Shown in pieces: positions 57,579-64,000 of a stretch of 64,000 nt of DNA. A program made the position numbers and the translations under genes. The stretch is from Candidatus Shapirobacteria bacterium. Lineage in GTDB: Bacteria > Patescibacteriota > Microgenomatia > UBA12405. The notes below the pieces were generated by a model, which made no database searches, was not told the DNA's origin, and was given only the letters and a program-made list of their open reading frames with translations. The DNA lies in NCBI GenBank assembly GCA_028704635.1, contig JAQWFB010000001.1:5541-69540 (forward strand), in the 5' to 3' direction. The number at the start of each line of letters is the position of its first letter. The stretch's first letter is position 1.

Positions 57579-59609
57579 ATGAAAAAAACCATCAGTGTTA
57601 ATTTAAATCGACAAATTTTTTATTTGGATATTGATGCCTATGATAAATTAGAAGAGTATCTCAATTCCATTAAAAAATATTTTAAAAATCAAAGTTCTTT
57701 TGAAGTAATTGACGATATTGAGGCCAGAATTGCCGAAAAATTTGAGGAAATTATTAATAAATCTAAAAAAGCAATACAAATTATTGATGTTGAAAAAATT
57801 ATTGAAGAGATGGGAACTGTTGATGATATTACTGGAGAAGACGAAGAAATAGAAACTAAAACCGAAACTGAAAAGATAAAAAAGAAATTATTTCGTGATC
57901 CAGAAAATAAAATTCTAACCGGTGCCGCTGCTGGATTTGGTTGGTATTTTGGAATCAAATCTATTTTTATTAGAATTGTTCTATTAATTCTATTTTTCAA
58001 TCCTTCCACAACATGGCTAGCTGTTATTTTATACATCGCTTCTTGGTTAATTATTCCCGAAGCTAAAACTAATTGGGAAAAATTAGAGATGAAAGGCAAG
58101 CCCACCACTGTTAATGAACTTCAAACTGCTGTTGAAGAAAAAACTTCCAAAGTCGTTTCTAATATTGAAGCTAAAACCAGAAATATTATTCAAAAAATAT
58201 TTTCTTTTTTTAGTAATGTCATTAAATTTTGCTGGATTTGGTTTTGGAAAATAAGCGGTTTTTTCGCCTTAATATTCACCATTTTAACCATAATGGCAGT
58301 GACAATCGGAATGATTTTTGTCTATCTTTATCCAAATATGCCATATTTCGATTTTAGTTTCTTAAAAGCCATTAGAGCTCCTTGGTTAGAAATCGCTTAT
58401 GTTGCCCTCGGTTTAGTTATATTAACTCCCTTTATCTTTATAATTGATCTAGCCGACAGCTTAATGAGATTAAAATGGCGCGTCTCCGTCCAAAAAATAA
58501 TAATCTTATTAATTATCTGGATAGCATCTCTAGTTGTTCTTTCTGGTATCGCCAAAATAAATTATCCCCAATACAAAGATAGTTTAAATAATTCCATCCA
58601 ACATTTGAAATATATTAATTACATCGATGAGTCAAATTCTGAAATTCTTAAAATCGGCAAAGTTTCTGAAATTGATATTTCTTCGGTTAAAGAAGTCAAA
58701 ATTATTGAAGGTAATGAAAATGAAGTAAAAATCATTGGTAGTCAATATTCGATTAAAGAATTAAATCAAAATTATCAAGATGGAAAACTTATCATCAATG
58801 GCAAATCAGAAAAATGGTTTAATTGTCATGATTGCTCCGGTTATACCAGTACTGTCAGAGTTGAAATTAAAACTAAAAATATCAATTCTCTTAAATTAGA
58901 TAACGATATTGATGCCTGGTATTTTCCAAATGGAAATAACATCAACATCGAAGTTGGTAACAGAGTCGGCCTTAAAATCGAAGGTATTTTGAATAAAGCT
59001 TCAATAAAAGTTGGTCAAAATTCAGTGATCAATATGCTTGATACTAAAATTACCGAGATCAATACCGACCTTTACAATGGTGTAATTAAAACTCAAGCTA
59101 AAAAAATTAAAATCACTGGCAATGAAAATTCAACTTTAATATATCAAGGCTCACCCGAAATTATTAGTGATAAAAGTGATAAAACCAATAAAGAAAAATA
59201 TATTTTATCTGAAGATTACGACAAAATAGAAAAGGCGATTATGGATACTCTTATCAATGTCGATGGTATCAAAAAGAAAATAAAAGATTTTGACTGGACC
59301 AAAGAATTTGAAAAACAAAGCGATTATGGTTTTTATAATATCTTTACAGCTGTTAGGTCTATAGAAAATAATAAAGTTTATATTATTTGGTTAATCGAAA
59401 AAAACGGAACTATTAGTCAAAAAACTTTTACCAAAATAGATAATTGGGAAGAAGTCCACTATTTAAATTTAGTCAACGATAAATTTTTAAGAATTAATGG
59501 ACAAGTTTATGGTCCAGATTTAAAAGAAGAGACCAAAGAATTTTATATTGATAAAACAAAAGGTATTTTACAAATTAAACCAGAAACAAATCTAGAAATA
59601 GAAGAATAA
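57579..59609 (+). CDS. PspC-domain membrane protein with C-terminal DUF4097-like beta-solenoid
   Basis: ENKILTGAAAGFGWYFGIKSIFIRIVLLIL PspC motif. TM helices. C-terminal repetitive beta region. Confidence 0.55.
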   Translation: MKKTISVNLNRQIFYLDIDAYDKLEEYLNSIKKYFKNQSSFEVIDDIEARIAEKFEEIINKSKKAIQIIDVEKIIEEMGTVDDITGEDEEIETKTETEKIKKKLFRDPENKILTGAAAGFGWYFGIKSIFIRIVLLILFFNPSTTWLAVILYIASWLIIPEAKTNWEKLEMKGKPTTVNELQTAVEEKTSKVVSNIEAKTRNIIQKIFSFFSNVIKFCWIWFWKISGFFALIFTILTIMAVTIGMIFVYLYPNMPYFDFSFLKAIRAPWLEIAYVALGLVILTPFIFIIDLADSLMRLKWRVSVQKIIILLIIWIASLVVLSGIAKINYPQYKDSLNNSIQHLKYINYIDESNSEILKIGKVSEIDISSVKEVKIIEGNENEVKIIGSQYSIKELNQNYQDGKLIINGKSEKWFNCHDCSGYTSTVRVEIKTKNINSLKLDNDIDAWYFPNGNNINIEVGNRVGLKIEGILNKASIKVGQNSVINMLDTKITEINTDLYNGVIKTQAKKIKITGNENSTLIYQGSPEIISDKSDKTNKEKYILSEDYDKIEKAIMDTLINVDGIKKKIKDFDWTKEFEKQSDYGFYNIFTAVRSIENNKVYIIWLIEKNGTISQKTFTKIDNWEEVHYLNLVNDKFLRINGQVYGPDLKEETKEFYIDKTKGILQIKPETNLEIEE

Positions 59610-59613
59610 TTTT

Positions 59614-60642
59614 ATGAAAAAAAATAAAAAAAAGATAATCATTATTTTAATTATTTTAATTATTTTGATAATAATTGGTTCTTTTATATTTTTTAATGTA
59701 AAAAAATCCAAAAATAATTCAAAAGGTATTACTACCACTGTTCAAAGTAAAAATTTGCAGGAAAAAATTTATTTATCGGGCTCTCTAAACGCTTCTTCAA
59801 AAGCTAAAGTAAGTTTTATTAGCGATAGTAAAATTACTTGGATTGGAGTCAAAGAGGGTGACGAAGTTAAAAAATTTCAAGGCTTAGCTAAACAAGATAC
59901 TAGTGAAGTTGAAAAATCATTAAAATTAAGTCTCAATAGTTATCTATCTACTAGATGGGATTTTGACAAGACCACTCAAGATAACAAATATTTAGACCAA
60001 GCCGATAAAACTATGGCTAGAGATATGAAGCTGTTAGTTGATAAAGCTCAATTATCTTTAGATGATTCTGTAATTGATGTTGATTTAAAAAATATGGCTA
60101 TTAAAAAATCATATTTATCCAGTCCAATTAAAGGAATTGTCACCAAAGCTCCAACATCTCAAACTGGTTCTTATCCAAATGCCGATGATTATTTTGAAAT
60201 AGTTGATCCAGCTACTGAATATATTTCTGCTATGGTTGGGCAACAAGATGTTATTAAACTAAAAGTTGGTCAAAAAGCTAAAATCACTCTCGATTCTTAT
60301 CGTGAATTACCATTTGAAGCTACTGTTAATTACATTTCTTATAACCCAGTTGACACCACCAACAACAAATATGAAGTGAAATTAATCTATACTCGCCAAC
60401 CGGAAAAATATAATTATCATCTGGGAATGACCGGAGAAATAGAAGTCTTATTATCAGAAAAAAATGACGCTCTCGTTTTACCTCGCCAATATATCTCTAG
60501 TGATATGGGAAAAAGATTTGTCACTATTACCAACAATAATTCAACTGAAAAAAGAGAGGTAACTACTGGTATGGAAAATTACGAAGAAATTGAAATACTT
60601 TCTGGTCTAAAAGTCGGCGATACTGTCAGTTACTCAAAATAA
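59614..60642 (+). CDS. efflux periplasmic adaptor (HlyD/MacA-like membrane fusion protein)
   Basis: N-terminal TM, coiled-coil, beta-barrel. Confidence 0.55.
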   Translation: MKKNKKKIIIILIILIILIIIGSFIFFNVKKSKNNSKGITTTVQSKNLQEKIYLSGSLNASSKAKVSFISDSKITWIGVKEGDEVKKFQGLAKQDTSEVEKSLKLSLNSYLSTRWDFDKTTQDNKYLDQADKTMARDMKLLVDKAQLSLDDSVIDVDLKNMAIKKSYLSSPIKGIVTKAPTSQTGSYPNADDYFEIVDPATEYISAMVGQQDVIKLKVGQKAKITLDSYRELPFEATVNYISYNPVDTTNNKYEVKLIYTRQPEKYNYHLGMTGEIEVLLSEKNDALVLPRQYISSDMGKRFVTITNNNSTEKREVTTGMENYEEIEILSGLKVGDTVSYSK

Positions 60643-60645
60643 TTT

Positions 60646-61335
60646 ATGACCAAAACTAATTCCATTATCGAGGCCAAAAATATTATCCGTACTTACGGAC
60701 AAAAAGATGATATTTGCAAAGCTTTAGACGGTGTTTCTTTTACTATTAATAAAGGTGAAAGCGTTGCCATCATTGGTAAGTCTGGCAGCGGCAAATCCAC
60801 TCTAATGCATATTTTGGCTTGTCTTGATAAACCCACCTCAGGTGAATTGTTAATTAATGGAACTGATGTTTCTAAAATGTCAGAAAAACAGCAAGAAATA
60901 TTAAGAGGGGAAAGTTTTGGTTTTGTTTTTCAACAGTTTTTTTTAAATCCCAATGACACTGTTTTAGAAAATGTCATTTTACCTTTAAAAATTAACGGTC
61001 AAGATAATCGAAAAATTAGAGAAGAAAAAGGCATAAAAATACTTGAAGAAGTTGATCTCTTAAATAAAAAAAATAATAAGGCCAAAAATTTATCCGGCGG
61101 TCAAAAACAAAGAGTTTGCATCGCCAGGGCTTTGGTAGGAAATCCTCAAATAGTTTTTGCCGATGAACCAACAGGAAATCTTGATAGTACTAACGGAGAA
61201 ACAATTGAAAAAATTTTATTTGGGTTAAACAAAAAGGGGATTACTCTCATTTTAGTTACCCACGACCAAGAACTTGCCCAAAAATGTCAAAAACAAATAA
61301 TGATTAAAGACGGCAAAATTGTCAATAAATTATGA
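60646..61335 (+). CDS. ABC transporter ATP-binding protein (MacB/LolD type)
   Basis: Walker A GKSGSGKST, signature LSGGQKQRVCIARAL, Walker B VFADEPTG. Confidence 0.85.
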   Translation: MTKTNSIIEAKNIIRTYGQKDDICKALDGVSFTINKGESVAIIGKSGSGKSTLMHILACLDKPTSGELLINGTDVSKMSEKQQEILRGESFGFVFQQFFLNPNDTVLENVILPLKINGQDNRKIREEKGIKILEEVDLLNKKNNKAKNLSGGQKQRVCIARALVGNPQIVFADEPTGNLDSTNGETIEKILFGLNKKGITLILVTHDQELAQKCQKQIMIKDGKIVNKL

Positions 61336-62582
61336 AAATAAACGATATTATCACCACTGCAAATAATAACCTTTTTAGAAACAAAACTAGAACTATATTG
61401 ACAACTCTGGCAATTATAATTGGGTCTATCACTTTATTAGTTGCCGAAAGTGTCGGCAATGGTTTTGAACAATATGTCTCCAATAATTTAGAAACCGGTT
61501 CATCTCAGATTTTTAGATTGACAAAAAAAGGTGCAGATAAATATAAATATGGAGAAATTACTAAATTTAAAGATTCAGATCAAGAAGATGACACTCAAGT
61601 TTTTAGGTCATCAGATATTGGTTATCTCAAAAACACTTATCCCTCTATTATTAAAGATGTTTTTTATCCTCAATATCTTAGTTTAGCTTCCATTTCTCGA
61701 AATGGTTATGAAAAATTTACTGGTTCAGCAGGTGTAATTTATCCTGATAGTTCGGCAAAATTAATTAGCGGTAAAACTCCTGAATTTAATCAAATATTAA
61801 TTAGCCAAGAATATGTTGAGCCTCTTGGTTTTTTAAACGCTGATGATGCTGTTGGTAAAGTAGTCACTATTAATGTTTGGGATAATAACCAAAAAACATC
61901 TCGAGAATTTTCTTTAGTTATTTCTGGTGTCACTCATAAAAGTGAAAGTACTTATCCGCTTCAAATAAGTTACGAAACCGCCACCCATATTAATCAAATA
62001 GTTTCTCCTCAATCTGTTAATCCTCAGTCGTCAAATTATTTACAGATATACACCAGAGATTTATCGGAGACAGAGTTGGCTGAATTTAAAGAAAAGTTAT
62101 CAAATACTGGAATTGAAGCCTCTTCTTATGAAGATCAAAATAAACAAATGTTTCAAATTGTAGATATTTTAAGAGCCGTAATGCTTGGTGTCGCTGCTGT
62201 TTCTTTAGCTGTCGCCACTTTTGGAATTGTTAATACTGTTTTGATGGGAATCCTAGAAAGAACCAAAGAAATCGGTTTAATGAAAGCTCTTGGTGGCAGT
62301 AAAAAAATGGTCTTTCAATTATTTACTTTTGAAGCCGCCTGTATTGGTTTTTGGGGTTATATCTTTTCAGTAGTTCTCGCCATAATCTTAGGGTTAATTA
62401 TAAATCCAATATCACACGCCACTTTCTTAAAAGATATTGACGAATTTACTCTATATGTTTTAACTCCTCTTTCAGTCATAAAAATATTCTTTGTCGTCAT
62501 GGCTGTATCATTTGGCGCTAGCTTTTTTCCTTCCCTAAAAGCTTCAAAATTAAATCCCATCGACGCACTCCGATCTGAATAA
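61332..62582 (+). CDS. ABC transporter permease, FtsX/MacB-like
   Basis: N-terminal TM, large periplasmic loop, C-terminal FtsX 3-TM bundle. Confidence 0.7.
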   Translation: MKINDIITTANNNLFRNKTRTILTTLAIIIGSITLLVAESVGNGFEQYVSNNLETGSSQIFRLTKKGADKYKYGEITKFKDSDQEDDTQVFRSSDIGYLKNTYPSIIKDVFYPQYLSLASISRNGYEKFTGSAGVIYPDSSAKLISGKTPEFNQILISQEYVEPLGFLNADDAVGKVVTINVWDNNQKTSREFSLVISGVTHKSESTYPLQISYETATHINQIVSPQSVNPQSSNYLQIYTRDLSETELAEFKEKLSNTGIEASSYEDQNKQMFQIVDILRAVMLGVAAVSLAVATFGIVNTVLMGILERTKEIGLMKALGGSKKMVFQLFTFEAACIGFWGYIFSVVLAIILGLIINPISHATFLKDIDEFTLYVLTPLSVIKIFFVVMAVSFGASFFPSLKASKLNPIDALRSE

Positions 62583-62592
62583 TAATAAAAAC

Positions 62593-62940
62593 TTACTTTA
62601 TTTTTTTTAAAAAATAAGATTCCTTTACCCAATCCATAAATTTGTCATCAATTTCTTTAGTTGATTTTATTTTAAAAACACCCAGCTTAGACCTAATTTC
62701 CAAATTTTCTTTCTTTGGTAAAATAGCCAAAAAATCATAATTACTAAAAAAATGAATACAACAGGGGAGAGAAATTATTTTACATTTTCCAATTTCATTA
62801 TTAATTTTTTTCACCAAAAATTCAAACAAATCTTTTGCACTGTCTTTATTTTTAAAATGTTCTTCAAGAGAAATTTTATTACAACTATGCATCTGTCCTT
62901 TTTTTTCAAAAATTCTCCCACATTTTTTGCATTTCCACAT
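62593..62940 (-). CDS. hypothetical zinc-ribbon protein
   Basis: CKKCGRIF...HSC N-terminal Cys motif. Confidence 0.3.
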   Translation of the reverse strand: MWKCKKCGRIFEKKGQMHSCNKISLEEHFKNKDSAKDLFEFLVKKINNEIGKCKIISLPCCIHFFSNYDFLAILPKKENLEIRSKLGVFKIKSTKEIDDKFMDWVKESYFLKKIK

Positions 62941-62951
62941 AAATAATTATA

Positions 62952-63953
62952 TTACTCAAATCTTAAAGCATCAATTGCATGAAGCTTAGCTGCTTTTTGG
63001 GCTGGATATAGGCCAAATATAATACCAACCGATATTGATATTATGGTGGCAATCACCACCCAAACCATATTAACAATAAAAGGAATTCCTACTAAAACCG
63101 AAACTAAATACGTGATTCCTATTCCCAAGATAATGCCAATAAACCCACCAACAGTAGTAATAATAGAAGATTCTACTAAAAATTGGCTAAGAATATCTTT
63201 ACGCTTAGCCCCAATTGATTTAAGTAATCCAATTTCTTTAGTCCTCTCAGTAACCGATACTAACATTATATTCATCACTCCTATTCCTCCCACCACCAAC
63301 GATATTGCTGAAATACCGGTAATAAAAAGAGTAAGCACATTAGTAATAGTTTCAAAAATATTTAATGATTCAGTAAAACTTTCCATAATGAAATCATTTT
63401 CTTCATCATCAGCAATTTTTCGATAATCTTTCAAAACTAACTCCACTTCATCCATAGTTTCTTTAATATAATCAGTATTTTTAACTTCAACATCAATCTC
63501 CACTAATTCATCAACTCCAGTAATTTGATGTTGTAGAGTTTCCAATGGAAGAGTAATTGAAGTATTAAAAAAACTACCAAATAAATTTCCACCACTTTTG
63601 GAAACACCAATAACCGAAAACCGCATTTCATCGATCTTAATTGATTCACCAACCGGATCAGTATTCTCACCAAACAATTTATCCGCCACCTCCGAACCAA
63701 TAACTGCCACTCGACTATTAATATCATCGTTCGTCAAAAATTCACCATAAATCATGTTTGGTTTTAAAAGAGTTTCTCCTTCTGGAGTCATACCATAAAC
63801 ACTAACCCGAATAGATTCGTCATTTGCCGAAACTGCCTTACTGGTCATCGAAAATTCCACCACGTTTTGAATATTAGAAATATTAGCATCTTTAATGGCC
63901 GAAACGTCTCCAGTCGTCAATGGTTCTCCACCACCAGTTATCGCACTCATCAT
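62952..63953 (-). CDS. ABC transporter permease, FtsX/MacB-like (second copy; 5' end may extend toward window edge)
   Basis: C-terminal FtsX TM bundle with conserved LYPAQKAAKLHAIDALRFE tail, similar to 61332-62582 (PIDALRSE). Confidence 0.6.
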   Translation of the reverse strand: MMSAITGGGEPLTTGDVSAIKDANISNIQNVVEFSMTSKAVSANDESIRVSVYGMTPEGETLLKPNMIYGEFLTNDDINSRVAVIGSEVADKLFGENTDPVGESIKIDEMRFSVIGVSKSGGNLFGSFFNTSITLPLETLQHQITGVDELVEIDVEVKNTDYIKETMDEVELVLKDYRKIADDEENDFIMESFTESLNIFETITNVLTLFITGISAISLVVGGIGVMNIMLVSVTERTKEIGLLKSIGAKRKDILSQFLVESSIITTVGGFIGIILGIGITYLVSVLVGIPFIVNMVWVVIATIISISVGIIFGLYPAQKAAKLHAIDALRFE

Positions 63954-64000
63954 ATTATTTCCTGGATTTATCTGAAAAAAATTTGTCCCGAAAGAACTAA

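Overview
This is a low-GC (~30%) bacterial window with a streamlined, CPR/Patescibacteria-like gene set, annotated by eye from motifs with no searches run. Positions 1-5.1 kb and 29.9-64 kb are housekeeping. The housekeeping genes include tRNA-Thr, -Gly, -Lys and -Glu, ndk, fbp, a 2TM K+ channel, a PolX-like polymerase, LemA-HtpX, dnaE, rplS, lgt, butyrate kinase, ung, plsY-fakA-plsY, pgsA, ppsA, rsmI, lexA, a transglutaminase-like protein, secG, a PHP phosphatase, PadR-PspC, a MacAB-like ABC efflux set and several Thr/Pro-repeat surface proteins. Between ~5.17 and 29.8 kb lies a composite accessory island made of two tandem elements, each ending in a large serine recombinase. Element 1 (5173-23655) is bounded by near-identical 33-bp direct repeats. 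It carries a tightly coupled four-gene operon: an 878-aa orphan protein, a NERD+UvrD-like helicase, a DrmA-like DExH helicase and a DUF1998 Cys-rich DrmB-like protein. A divergent C5-cytosine methyltransferase sits next to the operon. Together these form a DISARM class 2 / Druantia-like defence module with a non-canonical gene complement, and it is the most likely candidate for an undescribed system. Element 1 also carries a TIR-domain protein coupled to a 3-TM protein, a bPH+SHOCT protein, an XRE regulator and a DUF5659-like protein. Element 2 (~23656-29796) carries a DUF4145 zinc-ribbon protein, a PIN-like protein, a SAM methyltransferase, an XRE paralog, a phiX-gpA/Rep_trans-like HUH endonuclease and a second serine recombinase. 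The 3' end of that recombinase reads into tRNA-Asp. Two families of short structured repeats are scattered in and beside the island.
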